Part shown: positions 29,495-39,198 of the stretch, in pieces
Layout: each line of letters opens with the position of its first letter
Numbering within the stretch: the stretch's first letter is position 1
Assembly (NCBI GenBank): GCA_965197475.1
Contig: CBDANF010000002.1
Location: 576,001-640,000, forward strand
From: Candidatus Poribacteria bacterium
GTDB lineage: Bacteria; Poribacteria; WGA-4E; WGA-3G
Direction: 5' to 3'
DNA length: 64,000 nucleotides
Translations under genes and position numbers: made by a program
Notes under the pieces: model-generated
The model's input: the letters and a program-made list of their open reading frames with translations, nothing else
What the model was told of the DNA's origin: nothing
Database searches by the model: none

Positions 29495-30835
29495 CTACTG
29501 TAAGACTCCCATTGCATCTTGTAATCGTGCGCGCGCAATTATGTAATCGTAAAATGCGTTGACTTGATTTGTCAATGCTTGCGCGTAGCTTGTTTGCGAA
29601 TCAAGTACCTCAAGTAGAATCGCTTTTCCTACCTTATAGCGTCCCTGAATGACATCTAAACTCAGCTGTGCGTTTACGACCTGTGTATTAGAGATTTCTA
29701 CTGCGGTTTCGCTTCGTTTTAGGTTTAGATAACTTTGTCGTACGTCAAGCGCAACGGAGCGTTCAAGGTCGCTTGCATTTTCGCGTGCTTGTTCTAACTG
29801 CATATTAAGTTCCTTGACGCGATTCCCCAAAACGCCGCCATCAAAAAGTGTAAAGTTAAGTGATGCGCCAACACTCCAACTCCGAAAATCAGAGAAAATT
29901 TGACGTTCGCGAAGATAATTATCAAGGTCTACGTTATAGTTTGCGTCTGCGCTCAATCGGGGCCAACGTTGCAATTTTGAAAGCGTCAGACTCCATTCCT
30001 GTTGTTTAATTTGTGCTTCAGTTTCCTTGAATTCTGGTCGGTTTTCAAGGGCTAACTGCATCGCTTCTTCAACAGTAATCTCTATCTTCTCAATAGTCCC
30101 ACGCTCCAGATATAATTGGAAGGATTCATCAACTGCGACGGTAATTAACAATCCAGGGTCCAATCCCATGAGTCGTGGTAAAGTTGCTTGTGAAATTTGT
30201 AGCGAAATTTGATTATTTAGCATCCCTAGTTCACTATTTGCTTCACGGACTCTCGCTGTAGCGACATCCGCAGGGATAAGGACACCTGCTTCTTTCAAAG
30301 CGATGGTTTGTGCTGTGTTTTCTTTTGAGCGCGCCAACACATCTTCACTAACCTTAACCAGTTCTGTGTCTTTAAGGACATCGTAATAGGCTTGTGTAAT
30401 CTGTAGGATTACACCTTGTTTAATGCCTTCATTTCGGTTAGTGGTAGCCTTCAATCCCTCTTTTGCTTGTGCGTAATTTGCTTCACGTTGTCCATTATCC
30501 CAAAGCGTATAACGTCCTGTCAATCCTAAATCGTAATTCTGTGGTTCAAATCCGAAATCCAGTCGATCATTAAAATCGTATCGTCCAGTGGAGGAAATTG
30601 TTGGAAAATAACCGGCACGTGCATTCTTCAATCGTAGTTCCTGAATAGCAAGACTCAACCGTGCATTTCGCATAGTCGTTGCTTTCTCTAACCCCAGCTG
30701 GATACACTGTTCAAGCGTTAGCGGTTGCGACAGGTCAATTTCTTGTGGTTCTTGTGCGCTCACACAGAGAATTACCCAAACCTGAAAACCCGTCAGGATA
30801 AGAGTTAACGCAATTTTCCATCGAAGCATTAGCAT
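29495..30835 (-). CDS. TolC-family outer-membrane protein
   Basis: Signal peptide, LTLEQCI, YFPTIS, AYYDVL, ALENRPE and WPRLS; adjacent to the adaptor gene. Confidence 0.9.
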   Translation of the reverse strand: MLMLRWKIALTLILTGFQVWVILCVSAQEPQEIDLSQPLTLEQCIQLGLEKATTMRNARLSLAIQELRLKNARAGYFPTISSTGRYDFNDRLDFGFEPQNYDLGLTGRYTLWDNGQREANYAQAKEGLKATTNRNEGIKQGVILQITQAYYDVLKDTELVKVSEDVLARSKENTAQTIALKEAGVLIPADVATARVREANSELGMLNNQISLQISQATLPRLMGLDPGLLITVAVDESFQLYLERGTIEKIEITVEEAMQLALENRPEFKETEAQIKQQEWSLTLSKLQRWPRLSADANYNVDLDNYLRERQIFSDFRSWSVGASLNFTLFDGGVLGNRVKELNMQLEQARENASDLERSVALDVRQSYLNLKRSETAVEISNTQVVNAQLSLDVIQGRYKVGKAILLEVLDSQTSYAQALTNQVNAFYDYIIARARLQDAMGVLQ

Positions 30836-30854
30836 CTCCTTAAACCTAAAACTT

Positions 30855-30976
30855 CAGGACTTACGCAAACTGAACAGAAAAAGGGAATATTGGACTTAAA
30901 AAGTCGTTATTTCGGCATTTTAACCCCCTAAATCCCCCTTATCAAGGGGACTTTAAGAGAAAATGCGTAAGTCCTG
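30855..30976. mobile_element. MITE family A, copy 1
   Basis: TIR caggacttacgca / tgcgtaagtcctg; 5-bp TSD aactt. Confidence 0.8.
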
Positions 30977-31267
30977 AACTTATAATGCGAAAGATTGTAA
31001 TTTTAGGTAATAAGCCTTTTTTATTTTGACAATAATCAGTTTTAAAAGTTCAGAACAAATTCTGAGTGCAAGTTTATTGATAAAGTATATTGAAAATTTT
31101 GACGCAATTCAAGTATAAAAGTTTAGTATTTAACGTGAGTGATGGGCAGAATCATTCAGTTATCGGGTTTCTTAGCGTTTAAGAGAGAGGTGCGATTTGG
31201 AGGTCACACTATGCGAAAAACTTTTGAACAAGAGATAAAACGACTAAAGAAGGAAAGGTGCGTAAAA

Positions 31268-31302
31268 AAACAGGCAAGTAACCGTTGGTTACTTGCCTGT
31301 TT
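31268..31302 (-). terminator. Intrinsic terminator hairpin
   Basis: Perfect 16-bp stem aaacaggcaagtaacc / ggttacttgcctgttt with a T-run on the minus strand. Confidence 0.75.
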
Positions 31303-31311
31303 CATTTGTTT

Positions 31312-31404
31312 TATACCGAATTAACGGGATTTGTCTTGTTTTTCTGGGCAGAGAGAGCGCTTACAAAGCGCGCCTACAAGAATAATCGAGTTAATATGGT
31401 ATTA
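31312..31404. mobile_element. MITE family B, copy 1 (REP-containing)
   Basis: Ends tataccgaattaac / gttaatatggtat; inverted homolog of 54666-54758. Confidence 0.7.
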
Positions 31405-31555
31405 GACACTCAACATAAGTACTGAACTTGTAGCGAGTAAGAGCTAAGAATTCAAAGTAAATAGGGTGTCTGAAGTAGAAAGAATGGGGCATAAAGTCCA
31501 CCCTTCTCTTTCCCTATTTTAACACATCCTTATGTTTCACTCAATATGACTTCAC

Positions 31556-33565
31556 TTAATAACTGTGGATATGAGAAGGTCCATAAGATGGTACATTTGG
31601 ATGTACACACCGCCAGAACAGATACGTGCATCGATCACCGTTGGCGTTGGTATTCGTGCATTGCTCCTCTTGGTGCGTCAGACTATCGCAGGCGTAAATA
31701 GTATGGGAAGGACAGTTCCCTGTCGAGATGTGATTGCTTGACTGACACGCGTAGAATGAATGGGAGGTGCAATACAGAGACCAACTGTTGGCGGCTACCA
31801 ACTGATGGTCTGTGCCATTACACTTATATTGATAACATTGACCGCAATACGCGTGCAGGGCAGCCGATGCCGCATCGTTCGGATCATACGGTGTCGTCAG
31901 CGTACACCCCTGAATATCACACGTTACCAGTGTCGGTGAAGGCGTGGGTGTCGTCACGGGTGTGGTTGTCTGTGTGGTCTGTTCTGTGTCTATTCCGAGC
32001 ATTTCAAGCGTGATTTCTCCGAATGAAATGCCCGAGTAATTGCATGCAGTCACACCCGCATTCGTGTGCCCTGTTATCGCTAAAGTTTTCTTGTGTAAAC
32101 TGTCTAACGATAGCGACTTTACCTTAGAACCCGGGATTTTTATCACAAGGTTACCCGTATCCGGATCAATTTGATAATGCTTACTGGTTCCGCTTGGGTT
32201 TTTCATGAAACACGTTAGGTGAGTACAGTGGCGGTTGATGTTGTGATCATGCAAGACTTCGTGTGCGATCGTGTTATTGATCCGAAATTTTTTGCCGGCA
32301 TCTATCTTGGCCTGTGTTCCCAATTTCCACTTATAATTTTTCGCCCTATTCTCATAAGCTGTCCTCTCTCCGGGAGTTTTAGCTTTTTCAGCATATTTTA
32401 AATATTGTGCCTTACCCTGCGCATCGTATGCGTTCTTCGCCTTTACGTACGCCTCGTCAACTTTACGCTCTATACTATCAACAAAAACCTTTATTTTTGT
32501 GTATCGCGATGGAGAACCGCCCGATGTCTGTCCGAATCGGTTGCGTGGGTTGTCATCTTGTTTACCGCGTGTGATTCGTATTGCCCAGACAGGGTTGGCA
32601 CCAGGGAAATCTGAGTTGAAGTTTACCCTGCCCGTGTCTTCACTAACACTCTCTGCGAGTAAATTACCGTTAAAGACTTCCCCCCACGGTTCGTTAACAA
32701 TAGACCAACCACTGTTTTCAATTTCAAAAGGTGTCAGCTTGTAATATAGATGCTTATTGATCGATGGGGTGTTACCAAGCTCATAGTCTTCCATACTACT
32801 ATCGGAGCAATACATGACATCTTTTTGTGTGGGGTCAAGTCGTGTGACCGCTGCGTCGGTGCTTTTGGTGAAAATGCCGCGGTATTCATCGTATATAATC
32901 CACCCGTCACCAATGTTCTTGTTCTTGTCGTCGGGGGCAACTTCATCGTCAAGTGTCGGGTCATAGCCGTTTTTACCATTGGCGAGAGGGGTGTTTTGGT
33001 TTATATCAAATTTCGATTCATCTACGTTACCATTTTCGTCCATAAGTTTCGGCCAGTTATCTGCAATCCCGTTCTCATTTTCATCAAACGGGATACACTT
33101 TGTATCCGTCATTGCCATGCCACCGTCCCTTGGTGTCACCGTGACAGTGACGCTGCCAGAAGCAGCCCAGTCATAACAACGGCTTGTGATCGTGGCAGGG
33201 ACGTTCTGAGAGTTGGCATCGGTCCCATATACATAGCTGAGTTGGGATTCCCCAACATAAGTCCACCCATCATTGTCGTCCGGGTGAAACTTTAGGTCAT
33301 TTTCAGTTGTCACGCCAAAATTTGCAGCGTACCCTTTATAGTTCGTTGGATCAAGATCAACAACAATATCGTAGTATTTATTTCCTGCCAAACCATCTAC
33401 CTGCAGCGAAAATGAAAACGTGTTGTAATGGTCTTCATTTTGGGGGTGTCCCCCTTCGGGATATTTATCGCCATCAAAGTTTTGCGTCAGTGTGACAGTA
33501 ACCGCATGAGCCGACAGTGCAATAGACAATAGAAGTGTCAGTGTGAAAAAAGTCAAACGTCTCAT
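31556..33565 (-). CDS. Secreted zinc metalloprotease-like protein with a Thr/Pro linker and Cys/His-rich tail; paralog of 14378-15979
   Basis: AAGGAG precedes ATG 33565; signal peptide; HEVLHDHNINRHC....CFM. Shares NY.G..., ESQLSY, IP.D.N.N.IAD.W and GDG.....EYRG motifs with the paralog. Confidence 0.75.
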   Translation of the reverse strand: MRRLTFFTLTLLLSIALSAHAVTVTLTQNFDGDKYPEGGHPQNEDHYNTFSFSLQVDGLAGNKYYDIVVDLDPTNYKGYAANFGVTTENDLKFHPDDNDGWTYVGESQLSYVYGTDANSQNVPATITSRCYDWAASGSVTVTVTPRDGGMAMTDTKCIPFDENENGIADNWPKLMDENGNVDESKFDINQNTPLANGKNGYDPTLDDEVAPDDKNKNIGDGWIIYDEYRGIFTKSTDAAVTRLDPTQKDVMYCSDSSMEDYELGNTPSINKHLYYKLTPFEIENSGWSIVNEPWGEVFNGNLLAESVSEDTGRVNFNSDFPGANPVWAIRITRGKQDDNPRNRFGQTSGGSPSRYTKIKVFVDSIERKVDEAYVKAKNAYDAQGKAQYLKYAEKAKTPGERTAYENRAKNYKWKLGTQAKIDAGKKFRINNTIAHEVLHDHNINRHCTHLTCFMKNPSGTSKHYQIDPDTGNLVIKIPGSKVKSLSLDSLHKKTLAITGHTNAGVTACNYSGISFGEITLEMLGIDTEQTTQTTTPVTTPTPSPTLVTCDIQGCTLTTPYDPNDAASAALHAYCGQCYQYKCNGTDHQLVAANSWSLYCTSHSFYACQSSNHISTGNCPSHTIYACDSLTHQEEQCTNTNANGDRCTYLFWRCVHPNVPSYGPSHIHSY

Positions 33566-33578
33566 CAGTATATCTCCT

Positions 33579-34874
33579 TTATTTAGTGGTGCGTCGTGGA
33601 CGCTGTGAGCGTTGTTTCGACATCGCTTTCGCGAGGTCCGGGTCAATCTTTTGTAGATGCGGGATCGCATCTGTCTTGCCATGGCGCTGCATCGTTTCAA
33701 ACGCACGGATCAACCGATCCGAACTAAAATCGGGACTTTCGCCACGTAGCTGCTTTGCCATCTCACGCATCAAAAAATCTTCTAAATCCGCAGGAGATTT
33801 GGCATTCTCTATCGTTTCCATCCATTGTAGAAAATCTTCAAACTCCTGCTGTTGGCGTTGCACAAAGGCATCGCGCATTTGCTGCGCAGCAACAGCACGC
33901 GGTGCATCGGCAGCAGGAGAACCACCCGGAGCAGATACAGTGTCAACAGGCATAGCCTGCGGATCAAACGCACCATCTACATCCGCATCAGGCGATGTAT
34001 CAACAGGAAAATCGGGTAAGAGCGGTAAATTAAAAGGATCCGATAACGACTCGTCAAACGCCTCCACTTCAGACGGAGGACCATATACCGGAAAACCTCT
34101 TTCAATGGCTTCAATATGGGCAACGATTGTGTCATCGTTTTCCCAGTATCTACCGGGGTTCGCGTTTACCAGGGTTTGTGCCGCTTTGAGATGCACAAGT
34201 GCAGAGTCGTAATCACCGACCCTTTGATATGCCATCCCTAAATTCGTATGAATTTCTTCAGGTTCCGTCCAAAGACCATACCAGGAATTCGATGCATACA
34301 AATCAACGTATTTGAGGGCTTCTTTCGCGTAGACGATAGATTCTTCCGGGGAGTCTGCCTGTGTCAACTGTGCTAAATCTTGAAGCAGACGGGGAGAATC
34401 CGGATGGTATTTCAGCATCTCTTTATACTGGGGCAGTTCATTCCGGCTGCCCCAAGGAATACGTTTATTATTTTTGTCATACTTTGTAAAGTCATATCTC
34501 GCCTCAAGTGCTAATTCGGAATACGGATATGCTTCTATAAGACGCAAGTTGGCTTTACGTCTATCCTCTGGAGGGCCATGCATTATTTTCCTTTCGAGGT
34601 CTGCGTAGGTCCACATTTCACCGTCTACGGAGACGGCTTCCGGTTCGGGGGGCACCGTGCGATGCCACTCGTCACCATGCCAGTGACCTGTCGCATACGT
34701 TTCGCCGTCGGGCGGGGGTTTGAGAACCACTTTTTTGACATCTTGTGTCGCAATATCTGGCACTTTGTAGATTTTAATCGGTTCGGTGTCTCTATCCCGT
34801 ATTAACAAAACTGCGATAACACCGATGAGTCCGATGATGAGGGAACAAAACCCCCATATCATTTTTTTAGACAT
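33579..34874 (-). CDS. Membrane-anchored TPR-like protein with a conserved C-terminal helical domain
   Basis: N-terminal TM, KPPP...GHWHGDEWH, TPR-like NLGMAYQRVGDYDSA, and C-domain QQEFEDFLQW...DPDLAKAM. Confidence 0.8.
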   Translation of the reverse strand: MSKKMIWGFCSLIIGLIGVIAVLLIRDRDTEPIKIYKVPDIATQDVKKVVLKPPPDGETYATGHWHGDEWHRTVPPEPEAVSVDGEMWTYADLERKIMHGPPEDRRKANLRLIEAYPYSELALEARYDFTKYDKNNKRIPWGSRNELPQYKEMLKYHPDSPRLLQDLAQLTQADSPEESIVYAKEALKYVDLYASNSWYGLWTEPEEIHTNLGMAYQRVGDYDSALVHLKAAQTLVNANPGRYWENDDTIVAHIEAIERGFPVYGPPSEVEAFDESLSDPFNLPLLPDFPVDTSPDADVDGAFDPQAMPVDTVSAPGGSPAADAPRAVAAQQMRDAFVQRQQQEFEDFLQWMETIENAKSPADLEDFLMREMAKQLRGESPDFSSDRLIRAFETMQRHGKTDAIPHLQKIDPDLAKAMSKQRSQRPRRTTK

Positions 34875-34906
34875 GTCAGTTCTCCTTATTATAGAGCGTT
34901 AGCCTG

Positions 34907-35368
34907 TTATTTCGCTGCGTCCAGCGAGCAGGGCGGTATGGTTGATTTTGGACAAGGCGTTTCCTGTTTTTCCAATATGATACTGTCAGATCGGGGTTGT
35001 TCTGTGCAGTCAAGTTTATCCATCTGTGTTGCGCGTGTCATTTTAATAGCACCGGACAGAATAACCCCGCTAATCAAAACGAGAACCACTGCAGTGATGA
35101 GTCTCCGCCTGTTTTTCCGGTGTTGTAGTTTGTGGAAAACAGACGAGGTTTTTTCAACCTGTTGTGTATCAAGTTGTTTTAAGGACAAGAATCCCCACAG
35201 CGAGATAGCGAGTGCAACGATACTGAGGCGGATTCCGTGATCCTCAAAAAAGAGTGCAAAGAACGAGATAACGATGAGTCCGCCAAATGCAGCCATAGCT
35301 GCCAAATTAACGTTTGCTGTAAAAAATTTCTTTTTCACAATTATATCTCCTCTGTTAAAATTTTTCAA
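34907..35368 (-). CDS. Hypothetical membrane protein (3 TM)
   Basis: Three hydrophobic segments; lies directly upstream of the cassette. The start is uncertain. Confidence 0.55.
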   Translation of the reverse strand: MKNFNRGDIIVKKKFFTANVNLAAMAAFGGLIVISFFALFFEDHGIRLSIVALAISLWGFLSLKQLDTQQVEKTSSVFHKLQHRKNRRRLITAVVLVLISGVILSGAIKMTRATQMDKLDCTEQPRSDSIILEKQETPCPKSTIPPCSLDAAK

Positions 35369-35430
35369 GTAAAATCAGACAAATATTCAAACGCGATTCA
35401 GCATAAATAGCGTCTATTTCCATAAACAAC

Positions 35431-35561
35431 CAGGACTTACGCAATGTATTCAAAAGTCCCACTGATAAGGGGATTTAGGGGGTTAAATCACTGAAATAAC
35501 GACTTTTTAACCCCCCTAACCCCCCTAACCCCCCTTATCAAGGGGGAATGCGTAAGTCCTG
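35431..35561. mobile_element. MITE family A, copy 2
   Basis: TIR caggacttacgca / tgcgtaagtcctg; 6-bp TSD aacaac. Confidence 0.8.
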
Positions 35562-35643
35562 AACAACAAAAGCCCGCGACGAGACACTCCGTATGAAATG
35601 AAGTGCGGGCGCGAAGATATCGCAGCTGCTAACGTCTGCGATA
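35562..35643 (-). terminator. Two hairpins, the second a terminator-like GC stem with a U-tract, in the cassette leader
   Basis: On the minus strand: tatcgcag / ctgcgata, then gcccgc...gcgggc followed by ttttgttgtt. Confidence 0.55.
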
Positions 35644-35670
35644 AGACTTTGTCCAATAAATTGATTGAAA

Positions 35671-35814
35671 TTAACGAATGTGAAGTGGGGGGGGTATTAA
35701 CTTATAGTTAAAATTCGCCAACCGACGTATGCCGCGTGGACGAATCCTGCTCAGGTGGCAGATGTCCGATGTGGTCACTTTCTGGATTGTGGTATAAATA
35801 TGTCGGTCCTTCAT
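35671..35814 (-). CDS. Putative 47-aa leader peptide ending IPPPLHIR
   Basis: AGGGGA precedes the ATG at the end of the conserved leader; open for 47 codons; includes a C8 tract. Confidence 0.4.
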   Translation of the reverse strand: MKDRHIYTTIQKVTTSDICHLSRIRPRGIRRLANFNYKLIPPPLHIR

Positions 35815-35882
35815 TGTTAAATCCCCTAATGCAAAATATGGTTAACGACGGTGTAACTTCCTCACTACAAATTTGTGTTACA
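35812..35882 (-). promoter_or_regulatory. Conserved leader element, copy 2
   Basis: The reverse complement aligns with 12589-12657. Confidence 0.75.
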
Positions 35883-36084
35883 CGCGCATAATTCCCATAT
35901 ATACCCTATTCAACGTATGTATTGCAAGATAGAGTACAGAAAATTTCAACTTTTTCTAAAAACTCGGAAAATTTTAGGTATTTACATCATTGCAATTTTC
36001 CTTGCAATTTTCTTCTCTTTTTGGCAAAATAAGCACAACGACAGAAAAATCTTGATATTGAATCCTCAACTTAGGTATAAGTAA

Positions 36085-37716
36085 ATGGCTACACAAAAAA
36101 TCGTCGTAATCATACTTTTTGTCTGTTTTTCAACCGTAGGAATTTTGAGCGTTTCAGCTGAAACTGCCGATTCAGGGACGCATTGGCTTATGGTTGATGC
36201 TACGCCGGATGGGCGTGCGAGTTCCCTGTTAAATACGTTGGGCGATCTGTTAATGAAAAAGGGAAAGGTGCCGCAAGAACATATTCATCGTCTTGAAGGC
36301 GAGGCGGCAACTCATGATGAAATACATGCGGCGTTAGTTGAGATTGGGAACAATCTTGCTGAAAAACAGACATTCGTTTTTCTTTACCACGGTGAAGTGT
36401 CCAAGCCGCGTGGTGTCAACGCGATGCATCTTTCAACGCAATCAGAAGAAACTATTGAAGACTCTGTTCTGAATAAATGGTTCAAAGATGCAGGTATAGG
36501 TCGCGCGCTTGTCCTCATTGATGGTTATGCAAACGATGAGCATCTTTCCGTCTACTATGCGAACAGAGAAACTCTCGGCAGTGCTGCACTAAACGTAATC
36601 CAACCGCCTGAGGCAACAGGTAAGAATGCTTTTCTTCAGGGGCTAATTGATGCCTTATCTGAAGAAAAAATAGATGCAGACGATAACAGACATATTAGTA
36701 TTATCGAAATATATCAGCAATTAGAGACAAACAGTGCTTTTCAACAAGCAATTTTTGCTCCCACAGGGGATGTTGAGGAAACGGTAATGAAAATCAGTCC
36801 TGCCATTAAAGTTACTACGTTTCCAGAGGGTGCACAGATTCTGCTAAATGAAAAAGAAAGCGGATTGACACCGAAGCTTTTCACGGAAAACTTACAGCCA
36901 GGGACCTATACTGTTTCTGTTAGAAAAGCTGGCTATAATAGTCCAGAGGCTAAAACTGCTGAATTGAAGTTAGCGCAGGGCGAAGTTATAAATTTTGCGT
37001 GGGCACTCAATCCGATTTCTGTTTTCGGCACTGTTACCGGTCCCTTCAATGTATCAGTTGTTGGTACGCAGATTTCAATAGAGGGAACTGAATATGTCGC
37101 GCTCGTAGGAGAAGATGGCACCTATTCATTTCAAGACTGGAAGGTCCAATATCCGCTAACCCCTGGTGTGGAGTACACGCTTTACGCAAAGCAAGGGGAC
37201 TTCTATTACGGTTCAGTAACTTTCACCTTCGGTGGTTACACTGCAATAGAGCAACCGATCCAGTTGGTCAAAAAAACATGGTTTGAGATTGCGGAATTTG
37301 AATTTAGTCGGAATGACCATCAAAAAGCGGTATTAGCCTTTCAAAAAGGGATTGAGGTGACGACAGATTTTCCACAGATGTCAGAAGATTTAACAGTTTT
37401 GCTGTTTACTACCTTCGCTGATGCTATTGACCGTTCAGAAATTCAGGACGTTAACTATATTGTTGTCACAGCAAAGTTAGCGGAAGCATATCAACCGGAA
37501 CTCGCCAAAAAGTATTGGCAACAGGTGAAATTAAAAGCAGAAAAGGGAAGTTCCGCTGCGAAATTAGCTGGGCAGCGTTTGTGGCAGATGAATCCCTGGC
37601 GCAATATTATGAATATCGGCATCGTCTGTCTGTTGATTCTTATCATTGCCTCTGGTGTATGGACATTCTACCGATATCGAAAATCAAAGCAAACAGAGGC
37701 AGAAAAAGATGCGTGA
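36085..37716 (+). CDS. Exported PEGA-domain protein with a caspase-like N-domain and a C-terminal TM
   Basis: Signal peptide; VTTFPEGAQI...G.TP...PGTYTVSVRKAGY (PEGA); C14-like topology; C-terminal TM helix. Confidence 0.7.
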   Translation: MATQKIVVIILFVCFSTVGILSVSAETADSGTHWLMVDATPDGRASSLLNTLGDLLMKKGKVPQEHIHRLEGEAATHDEIHAALVEIGNNLAEKQTFVFLYHGEVSKPRGVNAMHLSTQSEETIEDSVLNKWFKDAGIGRALVLIDGYANDEHLSVYYANRETLGSAALNVIQPPEATGKNAFLQGLIDALSEEKIDADDNRHISIIEIYQQLETNSAFQQAIFAPTGDVEETVMKISPAIKVTTFPEGAQILLNEKESGLTPKLFTENLQPGTYTVSVRKAGYNSPEAKTAELKLAQGEVINFAWALNPISVFGTVTGPFNVSVVGTQISIEGTEYVALVGEDGTYSFQDWKVQYPLTPGVEYTLYAKQGDFYYGSVTFTFGGYTAIEQPIQLVKKTWFEIAEFEFSRNDHQKAVLAFQKGIEVTTDFPQMSEDLTVLLFTTFADAIDRSEIQDVNYIVVTAKLAEAYQPELAKKYWQQVKLKAEKGSSAAKLAGQRLWQMNPWRNIMNIGIVCLLILIIASGVWTFYRYRKSKQTEAEKDA

Positions 37717-39157
37717 AAACCCACCCAACATACTCTGGATATGTAGCGACCAACAACGATTTGATACTTTAGGTTGCTACGGAAATCCTTATGTCCAAAC
37801 ACCGAATTTAGACAATTTAGCGCAGGAAGGCGTGCTTTTTGAACATGCTTACTCGCAAAGTCCTGTTTGCACACCGAGCAGGGCAAGTTTCCTCACTGGA
37901 CGATACCCACGCACGACACGATGTCGGCAAAATGGGCAGGCGATTCCACCAGATGAAATGCTGGTGACGAAACTGCTCCAGGACGCTGGCTACGTATGTG
38001 GATTGGCAGGCAAACTTCACCTTGCCCCGTGCAACCCTCGCGTCTGCAAAGGCACAGAACAACGGATTGATGATGACTATGACCAGTTTTTCTGGTCACA
38101 TGATCCAAGCGATGCCTGGTTCACACACGATTATATTCAGTGGCTCAGGGACAAAGGGCTGCGCCGAGACAGCACACCGTTTGCCGATTCGAAATATGTC
38201 CGAGTGATTCCATCAGAGAAACATAGTCAAACGACATGGAGTATTGAACGGGCAATGTCGTTCATTAGCGGCGCAGAACGATTTAAGCAACCGTGGCTTT
38301 TTTCGGTGAATATGTTTGACCCGCACCATGCGTTTGATCCGCCAGTAGAAGCGTTAGAGCGGTATCGCGATATGTTAGGCGATATCCCGTTGCCGAACTA
38401 TGTTGAAGGTGAACTTGAAAATAAACCAATTTGGCAGCAAATTGACAACGACGGTGCTTATGGCGGAAAATCGGGATATCCTTACAGAGAAATGAGCGAA
38501 ACAGACCACCGTTGGGTGACCGCTGCGTATTGGGCAATGATTGACGTAATTGACACGCAAGTTGGAAGACTGCTTGACTTTTTGGAAGAAACAGGACAGA
38601 GAGAAAACACGATTGTTATCTTCACATCTGACCACGGGGAGATGCTTGGCGATCATGGAATCTATCTGAAGGGACCTTATTTTTATGAACCTGCCATCCG
38701 CGTGCCGCTGATTATCTCAGGGCCAGGGATGTTGAATAACGGTGCACGTTCGGATGCTCTCGTGGAATTGGTGGATTTAGCACCGACACTTCTGGAAGCG
38801 AGCAATTTGGAGCGTTACCCCGGCATGCAAGGGCAAAGTCTGCTACCGATGCTGACAGGTGAAAAAAGTCTGGATTCGCATCGCGACGATGTCTACTGTG
38901 AGTATTATAACGCGATGGGATGGCATCGTGAACCCGCTGCAAACGCGACAATGGTGCGGAACGAACGGTATAAGTTAGTCGTGGCACACGGCACAGATGG
39001 CAGTGAACTCTATGATCTGGTAGAAGATCCAAAAGAGACACACAACCTCTAGGATCATTCAGGTTACACGGATGTTAAACTGGAAATGCAAGAGCGGTTA
39101 ATCCATCGGATGGCATGGACAGTGGATCCGCTACCAGAACGTCAAGCACCTTGGTAG
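37709..39157 (+). pseudogene. Cys-type sulfatase with an in-frame TAG at 39050-39052
   Basis: PNILWICSDQ, CTPSRAS, GKLH and TSDHG. The frame continues for 34 sense codons after the TAG (HNL*DHSGY...APW). Confidence 0.85.
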
Positions 39158-39198
39158 ATCGGATAGCAGATACAATGTAAAAGAGGTGAAAGTTAAAA

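Noticed and set aside
31211-31324. 37-aa ORF behind a GGAGGT RBS
   Set aside because: It runs through a terminator hairpin into a MITE and has no recognisable homology.
39050-39052. Pyrrolysine or alternative genetic code
   Set aside because: TAG ends several intact genes here and no pyl genes are visible.
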